Below are positions 1-13,067 of a stretch of 64,000 nt of DNA, piece after piece. Below the pieces are notes generated by a model. It was not told where the DNA came from and did no database searches. It saw only the letters and a list, made by a program, of their open reading frames with translations. The position numbers were made by a program, and so were the translations under genes. Location of the stretch: the NCBI GenBank assembly GCA_043228905.1, contig JBHGNT010000016.1, forward strand, positions 2,604,001 through 2,668,000, read 5' to 3'. The stretch is from Azolla caroliniana. Taxonomy: Eukaryota; Plantae; Polypodiophyta. Every line of letters begins with the position of its first letter. Within the stretch, counting starts at the first letter, position 1.

Positions 1-722
1 TAAATGGTGCAACATGAATAATTCAAGAGACATCAGAATTCTTGGTTGATTAACCCTAAGAAGTTTATACTCTTGCACACATAATCTCCTTGGAGGCAAT
101 GTGATAAAAGTTGCCTGATAAGTCATCAAAATTCATAGGCCTATGGCAATAGCTGATAGATATATGTATATTTTGTAGAGAACTGTATGGGCTTGCTCAT
201 ATGTCTTGGTATCTCATAGAAACCATTTCATCACTGTGTAATTTGTGAATGTGTTTATACATAGTATGTATGGATGTGTGTATCTGTGTGCAAATGTATG
301 GATTGTTAGTATCTACTATGTAGCTTTATACCATATTTCCTTAATGTTTTTTCAATGTACTTGTCGCTTAAAAAATGAATGATTATCCATGATTTCTTCA
401 TGAAAAGCAATGTTCATGCTGCATTATTATTTAACCATATAATTCTGATGTATGGCGTGCTTTGTATATTCCATGTAGGTTTTGTCTAGCACTTTTGGTT
501 AATGTTTTTTTCAATGTACTAGTTCTTTAAAACATGAACAAATTTTTCATGCTATCACTTATTATTAATTAATTAGTTTTGGCTCAGGATTTAACTTTCG
601 TCCTAATCTAGATTGTCTTGTATCTTAATTGTTATATGTGGAGAGAGACACAAACCTATGTTCTATATATAGTTATATGTATGTATGCATATATAATATT
701 TAATAAGTTGGTGTTGAAACAG

Positions 723-962
723 GTTTCTGGAATACCAAGCCGGTGTCTGATGGAGATGGATGATCCGAGTAGTGCAAATGTACGGCGATTGACAAAGATT
801 GCCGACGACATGTTGAACCAACCCAGCATGGAGTATATACCTTTTGGTGGAAAACGCCAGCTCCAACTGACAAACAAAGAACGTCTGGATCACTTTGTCG
901 ATTGCCTCATTGCCGAACATCGTGTACGTCAGACAGAGTCCCCTCTCCCACTTCATTGTTGA
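723..962 (+). CDS. Last exon of a patatin-like phospholipase A (pPLAIII/PLP6-7 type); upstream exons not identified in this window
   Basis: Acceptor ttgaaacAG|GTTTCT at 721-722. The peptide VSGIPSRCLMEMDDPSSANVRRLTKIADDMLNQPSMEYIPFGGKRQLQLTNKERLDHFVDCLIAEHRVR resembles the pPLAIII C-terminus (D.DPS..NV..L...AEEML.Q.NVE.V.FGGKR....N.EKLD.....LV.EH.RR). Stop TGA at 960-962. Confidence 0.8.
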   Translation, partial: VSGIPSRCLMEMDDPSSANVRRLTKIADDMLNQPSMEYIPFGGKRQLQLTNKERLDHFVDCLIAEHRVRQTESPLPLHC

Positions 963-3581
963 ACCCCTTTTTTCGTCTTCACATCATTAACCACTTTGTA
1001 ACCCAAAATCTAGGGCTTTTCTTAAGCAGTAGATTTGTCTTGATATGATGATCCACTTAAATCCATCTTGTTAGCGCACCCATAAAGTAAACAAAGAAAG
1101 CAAATTTGTAACTTAATCTTCTGGTTAATGAGTTGTAGACAGGAAAGTTGTTTTTCCTGTGTATTTAGGAGAAGAGGATTAAATTCCTTGAAAAATGGAA
1201 ACATAAATGCCCAAGCTGTTTGATCTTGGCAATTGCTCTTCTTCCATCGTCTTGATTCTGGAGCTGAAACCCTCTTTTCTAACGACAACAAAGTTTTAAC
1301 AAAGTAAAACTAAATTGCATCAAGTTATAATGCGGAGTTTGAAGAAGATTCAATCTTTGGACTCTTAGTTAAGCTTGATGTGATTGATTAATAAATTTGA
1401 AGTCCAAACTGAATCAGAATGAATTTATAATTTGAGAAGGTGACCTTTGGAGTTTGTGCTATACATGATATTTAATAAGATCTACAACTTAAGCAATGAG
1501 ATTTCCGAAATAAATTTTTTTATGGACAAGGGACAATTTTTACAATTCAGGATTAGTATAAAACATACCAATAGAAAGCTCATTAAGAGCCATGAAATCA
1601 TTTAAAGAAGAATGTAAAGGACAATTAAAAAGGAGGCATGACTTCTCCTCCATCACCCAAACCTATCAAAGTCACATAATAACACTCCAAAAGTTGAGAT
1701 GATTAATCAAGTGTTTTGCATCTACCCCACTATAATCTGATTGCCAATTAACTACGTGTGCAAACATCCGGTGACTAATGAAGTGTGATTGTGAAGTAAT
1801 TAACCAATCTCACGATGGGCTTTGTCACTCTTTTTCTTGGTGTGCAAACATGTTAACCAAGCCATCATTTCTATAATAAATAGAACATTGCATATGCTTT
1901 GCGTTCACAATATATTTCTAGAAGCACTATAACATCTACAGACATGTGCTTGAGATTTGATGCTGAACATATGGGAATGCAAATTTATCAATGGTTACAA
2001 GTAGTGCATGCATATATGATATGCTGTTATGTTGTCTCTTACCATACTTGTTTGTGTATTAATTGAGCAAGCTTATCTAAATACTCCTAGATATATCATC
2101 ATGCTCAAGATCTGAATCTGGCCTAGTCATTGAATCCATGTCTAGTGAGGGTGTGATATCTTGGTTAAAAAGCTTGTAGATATGATGCTTTTTACCAACA
2201 GTATAACCAAAATGTATAAATTTTAACCTATTACTATTGTTTACGCTAAAAACCAAGTAGAGAAACTGTAATATCTATGTCTCCATTAAAATATGCCACC
2301 TTATTATATATCCTTGTGCTTCGGAAGCGTTTTGAATGCCCTTTCCAACGTTCATTTTCTAGATCGCTGCTTCTTCATTTATTACATTAGAAACCAAACC
2401 TTCGTTTGAACTTTTTCCCTTTTGTAGAAGGGACAAATCACTTGAACTTTATCTTTGATGAGCCAAGTAATGATGCCTTCAAAATGCATGTTCCTAAAGT
2501 AATGGCTTTACAAAATTGTCACTGACATGCTTTTATTTGCTGGGTGAAGGCAATAGCTTGCTCTTTAAGGATCAATGGTAGCTCTAACAACTAGACACAG
2601 ATAAAACCTGGGCAAGTCATACAAACGCCACTAGTTTTCCACTAATCCTTAAAATGCCAAACCCACGGGCCACACTGTTTTAAATGAACTTTCACAATAC
2701 TAAAAAGTAAATGCTCAACTAAGTGCATTGTGCATTTAACAATCCATATGATGTTCTGAGCTTTCCAGCTGATCCCTCAATATGACATGGCAAAAAACGG
2801 TGATAAATTCTATTGGAATAAAAGAAACACATTGGAAATTCACACAAGGTAGGGTAAAAATGACAAAAGGGATTGAATAAAAGGGTTGATTTTGCACAAA
2901 TCTGTTGCTACACAACATTTTCAACCCTCTTTGTGGGACAAGTCTAGCTTTCGAATATAAATTATGAAGATTTACTAGATACGTTCAATCACAAGGTGTA
3001 GTCACATGGATTTATTAGAACTTAATGATGATGTTTGTTAAGAACTTGATTATAAGACTTGATACTAAATTCAATGGGAGCATTTATACAACAAGATACA
3101 AGAAAAGACTCATTACAATATGCATAACAAGACAAGATGAGATTACATGAAAATACATAGAAACGGAAATGTTTTTTCCATCACTCCTATGGGATTTTGG
3201 AATGATACTGGCATTCAACTTCCCCCCCCCCATAACAATAATGTATGAATGGAAAAAGCCCAAATTAAAGATGTTATAGCTCACTCTAGATAGAAAGAGA
3301 AAACTATCCAACCACAAAAGCGGGGCTACTTTAGGGTTTAATGTTTTAGATTCACTAAGGTTTATCTTAAAGTTCTCCATTTTCATTTTCTAAAGTGTAT
3401 TAAAGATTAATGGTATCATCTGAGCGTTTTACCTAGTACTAAATCCCATACCTAACTCACTACATGAATATCTATTTCTTGAAGTGTTATTGGGTAATGC
3501 AAAGTGGTTAAACATTATCAACACCAATCAAAACAAACCATATTATGAGAATGAGTAAGGCTAATAAATCAAACTATTAAC

Positions 3582-6500
3582 TCACTCATCCATGGGGCTA
3601 GGCTCATCGGCTTTTCCTTTGAGAACAAGGCTGAGATTCTCCATCATTAGTGGTCTGTACGCTTCCATAGCTGGTGCAATATGCTTTAGCATATCCAAGG
3701 CTAAATTCATCCATTTCTCTGCCATTGTAAACCTAGAGAATCTTGCATGCAAAGAACCTCTATTCCAAGCAGTGGAAATTAGCCATTGTATCTCCTCCTT
3801 TGGGTATACATCAGCACCGAGGCCAAGCAATATCTGGTGAGCTTGCCTATAAAAACTCATGACCTTTGGTCCATCTCTCTGCTTTGAATCTCCTAGATTT
3901 ATAAGTGTCCTTATTGTTGCAGAAACCAAACCATAATCAGGCGATGGGGATGATAATGTAATGTTAAGGCCAGCATCAAATGCTGCCATTGCTACCTCAT
4001 AGTTATCATTATTGCTTTGGTTTTTCTCTGATCCTTCATTATTATATGCTGTTGAACCCATAGAGAAGAAATATTTTGGATGGAACCCTGGTAAGGTGCT
4101 GCAATGACGAATTATATCTAGTTGAGCTTTGTAATCTTTCAATCTCCTTCTCACTTCAAAGGAGATCAAGCTTAGGTGAGCTTCTACTGTGTCATTGTTA
4201 GAAGAGATCGTGCTTGATTTTGATAGTATGCTCTGGTGCACCTGTAATACGTATATTTGCAACATCAATTTCACTGCTTGAAGTCATTGTTTGTAGAGAT
4301 TGTACTTAGGTTTATCAAAAGTAAATACACTAAAGGTAAGTCTCACATCTAGGTTCAATAATATTGGGAAAGAAAATTGTTAAATTTTGATTAACATTGT
4401 GAACAATATGGTTTTGCTAGCATTTTGAAGGAACAAAATTCTAGTCTCACAAACGACAGTAACATTAATAGGAAAGAAGAAGATACGATGAGATTCAGAG
4501 TGTAAAAGAGAAAAATAGACTAGATTAAAGAGAATGATATTTCCTTTAAATTAACCGTAACAGAAGACGGAAAAAATATATTGGTGAGAATGCTCTTAAA
4601 ATACTGGCAGAAACTCCAAGCTATTAGAAGTTTAAATCGAAGTTATAATATAATTTAATTTTGAGCTGTTAGGCAAATTAAAGTTTGCTAAATTTGTTAC
4701 AGTTTTTAAGAACATGCGTAAGACAACGTCAAAATATGTTTATAGAATTTAAGAATTCAACACTAATATACTAATCTGTTTCCTATATTAGAATGATTAA
4801 GCCAACGATAAAACGCTGTTTAAGAAATTAAGATAAATCAATTATCATCATCTATGGATGATATAAAAATTCTAAAATTATCAACAAGAAATGCACGTCT
4901 ACCTTCACACATTTATCCAGATATAGTGCTGCCTCTCTGATAACTGCATTACTGTTTGCCTCTTCTTTATAAATACCTCCTATTAACGTTGCACTGATTG
5001 CTAGAAGCATAGACGTTCTTCTCAGTTCTAGATTCTCTAAGGTACCAGGAAGTACTTCATAGAAATCAGCAGCACATTTAAGGAAATCTATACAAAAGCT
5101 CCATTTCTGCAATTGTGCAGTATCCAAGCCATGATTCCAGGAACTCCCAGCATACCACTGAGCTTCTTTCTCTCCCATGCTTCCAGTACCAAAGAATCGG
5201 ACAGACCCCACTTCTGCTAGTCTCGATCGAGCGAAATTGAAGTATTTTAGCATCGTGGTCAATTCATTTCTTGATTCTTGAGCACACAATGCAATGATGT
5301 TCCTGATAATCACTGCCTCTCTTCTACTATCTGAACTTAATGATGAACAAGATGGCATCTCTAACATGTGAGATAATGCAGCTATGGCGACATTGAAGCA
5401 TTTGCAAGATATTGCTTCATGGGATGCCAATGTTAAATAATCTGACTCAAAATTTGGACAGTTCAACATTTGTTCTACCTCCTTGGTTGCTCTTTCTTCA
5501 TCATTCGTCTGAAGGTAGATTTTGAACTGGAAAGGTTTGACGCACAATTAGTAAAACATTGATTTAGCTAATCTCTAAAAAACTTTCGTGTACAATTTTA
5601 TCTGTTGATAGTGAATTATTTCTGGACCTGGTCCTATGGTTTTCTATCCCTCCTTGAGGGTTTTCCGAGTTAAAATTTTGGTGATGTATTGTGCATAATT
5701 TTGTGGTTTTTCTTGAATAACTTGCACAAGATAACCTTTGTCTCTAAATCATCAAGTCAGAATTGGGAAAGTGTGAAGAACAGTTACTAATCTGGACTGA
5801 TTGTAGATAACATCCATGTTCGAAAAGTTTATAATCATATTCTAGTCTTCTAGCAGAAACTGTATCAAAATTTGAAGCAGATTTCCCAAACAATTCCAAT
5901 GTTGTAGGAATATGATCACCTTCAAGAATGCTCCAACGATATTTGGTTCAATCTGTGCATTTAAGAATCCGTAATTAGCTGTTACTATCAAGAAACATCG
6001 CAGCTTTTGTCCATACACAGTCTTAACACGAGATTTGTGTTCAACAATACGCACCTTATTTGCTTCATCAACGTAATCTGAGGCTCTGTCATATTCATGA
6101 CTTGCAAGATGACAGATGCAAAGGATGCGTAAATTCTTCGCCCTTTGCTGAGCATAATCGGTATCATTTGGGGAAAGGTACATCAGTGCTGCTTCAAAAA
6201 GCTTTGTAGCAGTGAGATAATCCTTGGCTTGGAAAAACTCTTGTGCACTACATATGATCTCAACAAGGTGGCAGGCAACTTTGTGAGCTCAATAAAACAT
6301 CAGATTAGTTGACGCACTCCATTTAATATGTGAAAGAAAATGACATCAGATTGGCCTCTTATATTGCGGCATGGATAAGAACAGAATGATTAATCCTTTA
6401 ATGATGCGTGTAGATCAATAATCATCAGATTAGGCATATCGAAATGACTTAAAATTAAGCTTTTTCTTCGTGAATCCAGCTTGGATATAAGAACTGACAT

Positions 6501-8168
6501 GATCAGTATTGCAGTGCTGAGAATAGAGCAAAGATTAACGAACTGATCTGCTGAGAATGCATGAAAAGAGCAACGACAGACAACAAAGAAGGCAATAAAT
6601 ATAGTCAACCTGTTCCACAGGAGGCAATGCACAGATCGCTGAGCGTTTGCATCACTGTCCTGATCTGAGTCTCCTGTTGTATCCCCCTGGTTTATAGAAG
6701 TAGCCTTGCCATTAGAGGAACTTTTGGCAGCAGCTATACTCTGAACAACATCTTCATCTGTGGCGATAAGGAGGGCTGTTTCTGTCCGTTTCTTGAACTG
6801 TTGATCCATAGAATTAGTAGTGCGTAAGAGGTTTTCCAGAACGGAGAGGACAAAATTTTTGTTAGTTGGGAAACGGCTCCGTACAATGGAGAAAGATTTT
6901 GCTATGGCATCTTGCATAAGTGATCTGCCAGAGCTTATACAGCTCTCAATAAGAGCACTAATGGCTCCTGCACAGATCTTAGCAGTAGAGAACCTTTGGG
7001 CAGAGAGAATGAAGAGCTCTTTCTCTGCTTCTTCGAATCGAGATAAGCCAAGGTATGCCTTTAACGCCAAGTAAGGAATACAAGCATGGTCCGGGCCATT
7101 TTTAAGAATCTCCACACATTTCAGAACACTGTCAAAGTTCTCGTTATGGAGATGCCCCGCTGCAAGAAAACGCAGAATGTCAAACTTCAGACTGTTCAAC
7201 TGTTTTGAAGATCCTTCTTTCCCGATACTTAATTCGAGTGATTTATTGCTGCTGTTTTGCAATGCCATGAGTCCTTCTGAGCAAATTTCGAAAGCTTGTT
7301 CAAGAAAATTTATGGATTCTGCATATGCAGCCTTGTTGGCCATAGCCAGAAGTCCCTTTCCAAAGCGAAGACAGTCTTTTGCCAAGATTTGATACATTTC
7401 TGCTGAATGAGAGCAAGTTGGAGAATCTAGCAATCGTAATAGTCCTCGAGCGCGACCTAATAAGCTGCGAGACAAAGCTTTTTGCTGAAGCTCCCATGCT
7501 GTTCTTGCTCTAGCAAGATACAAATCAAATAGGAACTTCTCTTCTTCTTCTGTTTGAGCTCGTGACGTGATTGACATTCCTTCGTGATGATCTTTAGATC
7601 TATTTCCTAGCTCAGTAGCTTTGTCAAAGCAGGACATAGCCATGGCATAGTTGTGCAGGTTATGCCAGATCGTTCCAGTTCTGTAGAAGAACATTGCTGT
7701 CTGAAGCAAACTAGAATGAACGGATGATCCTCCAACAGTACCTGCAATAAGAAGAAGATCGCTTGCTACATGACGTAGTTTAGCTTGCTCTTCGTTAATT
7801 ACTACTTTTGCAGAGAAGTCTTCATCTCCTTCTTCCACTACGTCTCCTTCGTTTCCACCATGAGCAACAGTACGTTGAGCAGATGTTCTTTGCACATTAC
7901 TGATTTCTACACAGGTGTTCCAGATATGGCGAGCAAGCTTCCAAATCCGAGATCTTTGATCTTCGTTCAGACGAGAGTTTTGGAAGGATGGGATGAGTTC
8001 CCTGAGTTTCTTCACTGTGTCAGGACTAATCGTGGGAGCCATATGCATAACTTCTGCAACAAGCTGCTCAAGCTTCTGCAAAGAAGGCGAGAAATTGGTG
8101 GTAGGTTGATGGCCAAGTTCATTGTCTGTGTTAGCAGAATGGTCGCTAGATACCTCGGAGATCTGCAT
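3582..8168 (-). CDS. ZIP4: ZIP4/SPO22 (TEX11 ortholog), TPR-repeat ZMM meiotic crossover protein, ~1022 aa; exons 8168-6610, 6247-6055, 5952-5920, 5526-4903, 4241-3582
   Basis: Motifs match plant ZIP4: IWKL..HIWNTCVEISN, LRHVASDLL, FFYRTGTIWH, LYLARARTAWEL, LLWNSAQEFFQAKDY, EPNIVGAFLKFKIYLQ, DYLTLASHEAISC, YPKEEIQWLISTAWNRG...AEKWMNLALD. All four introns are GT-AG and the joined exons (3069 nt) stay in frame. Confidence 0.93.
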
Positions 8169-9048
8169 TTGTCTTCTTCTTTTTACTCTGCAAAGAAGCT
8201 TGATTCAGAAGACTGAATTTTTTTCTAACAATATAAAGAGACGAAGACAGCGACGATGAAGACAAATATAAAGAAGACTAGGACGACGATGACGGAGCAA
8301 AAGGAACAGAAGAAGATGAAGATGGAGATTGAGATGACGATGGCGATGGCGATGGCAATGAAGATAAAGAGGACGATGACGATGTGATGAAGCAGAAGAA
8401 GATAGAGACAGTGATACCGACGATGGAACAATTTCTGCACAGAGATAGTGATCTTGATGAAGGAGAGCGAAGGATGGGAGGAATCAAACGGAGAGAATGT
8501 CTGTGCACAGCGATGGCGTGCTTGAAGGAAAGAAGGAAGGAAGAAGAAGGTAAACGGCGATGGCGGGAACGGGAAGCAATTCGGTTTTTGAACGAAGAAG
8601 AAGAAGAAAGAAAAAGGTCTGCGTTTTTGTTCTCTCCGTACACATCCAAAGTGCCGTACGAATGGGGGAAAAAAAATAAGAAGAAGAGAATTTTAGTTAG
8701 CCCTCTCTATACATAATAACATTTGGAAGATTGCTTCTTCTTTTTTCTGTTTTATTTGGCTTTTGCTTTGCAACCGAAGAAGAAGAAGAAGAAGAAGAAA
8801 TTCTTGTGTCCCTCTTTTCTTGAGTTCCATGCTTTTAGATTCATTAAGAGAGAGGGAAAAGAGATTCTCCATGGCAACTTATGAGGTCTTGATGATGGAG
8901 GCTATGAAACCTCGATCTACTTTATGTCTACCCATACCGTAACCCCTCACGAGTGAGTCCCTCCTCTTGTTATGTTGCTTCTCGGAGACCGCAAAACCTC
9001 GATCTACTTGTCCCTTGAATAATCAGAGAGAGACAGAGAGAGAGAGAG

Positions 9049-9243
9049 AGTTGGTAAGGTTGCCCAATGGAGACCAGGTGGTCATGGGTTCGAGTCTCGA
9101 CCCCTACATTCCACAGTGGCTTATCTAGTGTAATAAGAGATATTTGTGGAGTCCAATAAAGAAGTGAGAAATTTGGGTTTCAAACCAAAGATGTAGTGTT
9201 AGTAGTGTATCACTAGAGTAAGCTAATTACGATAAATAAATAA
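9049..9243 (+). mobile_element. tRNA-derived SINE-like element
   Basis: Partial A-box (AGTTGGTA) and B-box GGTTCGAGTC ~30 nt downstream; no tRNA acceptor stem; ends in an (ATAA)n tail near 9232-9243; 5' end abuts (GA)n. Confidence 0.55.
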
Positions 9244-9304
9244 GCAAGTTGTAACTCTTTTCTCTTTGGAGAGCACAATGTTCGATTTTATCGTGGGAAG
9301 TTAT

Positions 9305-9535
9305 CCCCTCTCAAGAAGCAGGAGGGTGTATAGTGTATGTTTCTTGACTTAGAGAAACTCTGTAAGGAAAATGCTTTTCAAACTCTTTCCAAGTCGCCTT
9401 AGGGATGCTACCTGCTCCATACAGAAGAATCGGTGACATTAAAGTGTCAAAAAGGTACTTCGTGTAGACCCAACACGTAAATTTCTCCATGATTACACGT
9501 GTTCTCAAATGCATAATATATGCTCTCTTTCTCAC
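9305..9535 (-). mobile_element. Decayed RTE-type LINE fragment (region C-terminal to RT)
   Basis: The peptide YLFDTLMSPILLYG..GSIPKATWKEFEKHF is similar to the copy at 30910-30980/29720-29771 (GGSIPKSTWK..NVQKHF...[16 protein letters not shown]). Confidence 0.6.
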
Positions 9536-9593
9536 CTCAAAGCACCATGTAATACTCTTATTAAATCTATGATTTAAAATATCTTCAAGACTA

Positions 9594-9948
9594 TGTTATG
9601 ACCAAGTGTCATAACTAATGCATCTCTAGACATCATGTAATTATAACAAGGAACATATATGATAAGATACTTGTACATTTTATTGTTCTAGAAATCTTTA
9701 GAAAGTTCTAGAAGCTTTTGAAGCATGCATTGCAACAATCATTGGAAAGCTTGAGAAACTTATGGAGAATGTATACATATGTAGTGCTCAGGACCAAGTA
9801 TAAATACAATTATTCATCTTGAGCTCAATCTCGATAAACAACGCTAGCTACAGAATCATAAGTACAATTCATTGTTTCTCTCTCAATATCTTGTCTCTTG
9901 TGTCATATTCCTTGTCTCCTTTATGCTTTACTCTAGCTATCCGTGACA
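9594..9948 (+). mobile_element. Degenerate LTR-like remnant
   Basis: TGTTATG...CCGTGACA termini and an internal TATAAATA. Shares blocks (TGTCATA..AATGCATCTC; TTCTAGAAATCTTT..AAAGTT.TAGAA) with 10398-10737. No clean TSD. Confidence 0.5.
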
Positions 9949-10397
9949 AATTGTTCACCTTCCCCTTCCCTAAGCCTCACCATGGTTAACTTCACCAATA
10001 ACCTAAAATAGATTATGGCAACCTTGCAACAACTCTAGATCGAAAATAACAACCTTCAAGCATCATTGTGGAAACTTCAAGTAACAACCTTCAACCTCGA
10101 TGCTATTTTGGTTGTTTTTGTCAAGTCGATTTAGTTGTCACCTCTAGTTTAAATATCGTCATCGTCACCCCTTCTACAAGACTGTGATGCTTTCCTTGCA
10201 TAGCTTGTATCAACATTTCGGGACACTAATCGACATCAAACAACCCTCATTAAGCTCTGTTTATTACATCAAGGGATTTCAATCTTTGTTTGTGCTTCTA
10301 AAGTTTCAGCAACTTACATCTAATGTTCAATGGTAGTCCAAAATTTTCATCAACGATGTCCACCCAAGCTTGGAAGTCTAGCTTAAATGAAAGATAA

Positions 10398-10748
10398 TGT
10401 CACGTACAACAATCAAACGTCCAACCTCCCATGTCATAGCCAATGCATCTCCACACATCAAGTGACTCTATTATTTAGAGTTATTATTCTAGAAATCTTT
10501 GCAAAGTTTTAGAAACTTCTGAATCATGCATTCTAGAAATATTTGGAATATTCTAGAAACTTCTAAAGCATGCATGCACATGTAGGAACATATATAAATA
10601 CATTTGTTCGTCATGATTCTAATCAAGGTGAACAACACTAGTTACACAATCAGCACCCTTATTTCTCTCTCTTCCTCTTTATTGTATTTCATTTAATTCA
10701 TTGTCTTATGCTTATATTAGTAATAATCTCAAGTATATGGTATTAGAG
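10398..10748 (+). mobile_element. Degenerate LTR followed by a decayed tRNA-iMet PBS
   Basis: Starts TGTCACG, contains TATAAATA and is followed by TGGTATTAGAG (canonical TGGTATCAGAG) at 10738-10748. Related to 9594-9948. Confidence 0.5.
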
Positions 10749-11979
10749 TGATTTTCTAATGTTTCTTTTGTTGATGTTGATTTCCTTCGAATGGTGATCG
10801 ATTGATGTTCTTTTGAGCTTGATCAAGAAACTCGTCAACAAAGGATCTTCGGTACTTTCTTTTATTTTCACGAATAATAATATATTTATTTTTATTCTAT
10901 TCTTTCTTCTCCTATTCTCAATCATGTTTAAGTCAATATGTTAACATGTAAATCATTCAATTATGTTGTAGTGGTCATAGTTTGTTCGTATAAAATGTAC
11001 ATATGTTATGTATGTGTATGAGGTCAATACCTCAATTGCTATGTATTTGATATGCGATGTGTGTCATATGCGTAAGAGGTCAATACGTCAATTAGACATT
11101 ATGTTTACTCTCTTTTTTGGATATTGCATGTGGGTAGAGGCGACATGCCTCGATTACGTATCTCAATTACATTATTCGTTGGTTTAATATGTTTTGTTAA
11201 TTATTCTTTTATATATATACATATATGATCACATGTATATGTATGTGATCATATACAAGTCATAAACATATAACGTATATATTAGGAATTTGTTACATGA
11301 TATTGGTATATCGAATGTTGTGCTTTTGGGTTAAGGATCTTGGTGGGTGTCTTCCTCATTTTTGTGGGAAAGGCGTAGTCACCATCCATTTTTAACAAAA
11401 AATTCCGGTTATCCCCCTTGGTCACCTTGATTTTGCTATACGTAACAATTAAACAAGCACTTAGTGCGAGGTTGCCCTTATGAAACCCACATCCAAAAAT
11501 CCGCACTTGCAACATGATTATGGGGTCACCATGAGATCATGATTACGAAAGGAAATCATAATGAAGTAACTATGTGATGGGCCATGTGAGCCTACTATGG
11601 AAAGAGGCCTAGTGTTGGCTTGACCATTAGGTTGCTCCTTATGGTATGTCATTGTAATGATGAGACTTGAGGTTGAGGAGGATACCAACATAGTTTTTTA
11701 GTCAATGAGGGGGAAATAAGGATTTTGAACCCATATGTTTTTCTTTTAAAAAGTATATGTGGGTACATAGCTTTGAATATATAGAGATCGGGGAAAAAAA
11801 TTCTTTTTTCAACCCCATGGTTTTTTAAAACACCTTTGTATTACTATAATTACCTGATCTCGAACCTCATCTCATGTGTCTAGAGGGGTAGTAACATGAG
11901 ATCATGATAATGATTAATGTTTGCCCATGAGATGGTTACATCACGACATTATGTTATCACTATTTGTTTGACCTGATCG

Positions 11980-12209
11980 TATTTCTTTGGCAGACATTAT
12001 ATTTTTATGGCTCATAATAACGATCACCCCATGGCATCCTCCCAAGTAGAGGGTTTCAAGGAAATATGCCTAGGTCAATCCCAACTATTTGTCTAACCTA
12101 ATCATATTTCTTTGGCAGACATTATATTTTTATGGCTCATAATAACGATCACCCCATGGCATCCTCCCAAGCAGAGGGATTCAAGGAAATACGCCTAGGT
12201 CAATCCCAA
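11980..12209. repeat. Near-tandem duplication of ~105 bp (period ~125)
   Basis: ATTTCTTTGGCAGACATTATATTTTTATGGCTCATAATAACGATCACCCC...TAGGTCAATCCCAA occurs twice with few substitutions. Confidence 0.9.
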
Positions 12210-12589
12210 TTGAGCTGTATTTTTTACAAATACAAAATTTCATTAACTCTACCTTTAATGCGATTTCTGAACTTTGACAATCTCATGGTACTCTAGAAGC
12301 ACATCTCATTAGCGTGGAAAGATACGAATAGACCAGATGAACATCAAGGTGAACCATCATTTGTCGTCAAGCCATTTATAGGAGAAAAAAATGAGAGAAC
12401 CAAAGAAGCAATTCACACATAGCTTGATCTATATCCTAAGGCCTCATCTATCCAAAGGAGACAATTGGTTAATTGTTTGTTTTGTCAATGGCATTCCCAA
12501 TTCAAAGTATCATTGGATAGTGCATGATAAGAAAATCTTTCAAAGAGGCCGTTGAAATTGTCCTTCGTTATCAACACACTTTAATAATT

Positions 12590-13067
12590 ACCAACGCGGT
12601 AGAAATGCATAGAGATTATTCCTAATTTAAGCATAAGGCAAGGAATTAAATTATAGCTGATGAAGAGCAAGAGAGAGAAAGAAGGGTGTTAATCCACTCG
12701 ACCACCCCCAAGCGAAAGGATCAAGATAGACTCAAGTATTGATCAATGTCTCATACCACCGCCATGGCATCTAGTCGTACCTAGTACTGGCACATGCTCG
12801 CCACAAAAGAGCTTGTTTACCACAAGGTCACAATCTCAACGTACTTAAATAATGTGTCTAAACGGGTGGTTAGGCCTCATATTTATAGCGAGACCTAAGG
12901 CTCCCATGCAAGTTCACACACTGGCCCTTATGGGTTGTCTTAATTCCTGGGATTAAAAGTAATTCACCCTTCTTTACACTCTTGGTTAACCCTCTGACTT
13001 TTATCCTGGCGTGTATAATACTACATTACAAACTACCATGGGATAAATTATCGTCATGGCCGTAACA
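12590..13067 (-). mobile_element. Possible LTR remnant
   Basis: The minus strand begins TGTTACGGCC at 13067, has CTATAAATATG ~180 nt inside and a CT-rich tract further on. The other end is uncertain. Confidence 0.35.

Noticed and set aside
6390-6609. Hydrophobic C-terminal tail of the 592-aa ORF as a transmembrane segment
   Set aside because: It is intron read-through beyond the donor at 6609. The same applies to the tails of the DUF1685 and glyoxalase ORFs.
8225-8716. Overlapping ORFs (110, 123, 71 aa) upstream of ZIP4
   Set aside because: Low-complexity GAA/GAT-rich 5'UTR/promoter sequence with no recognisable domain.
9049-9120. tRNA gene
   Set aside because: It has box A/B-like motifs but no acceptor or anticodon stems and no poly-T terminator; a SINE fits better.
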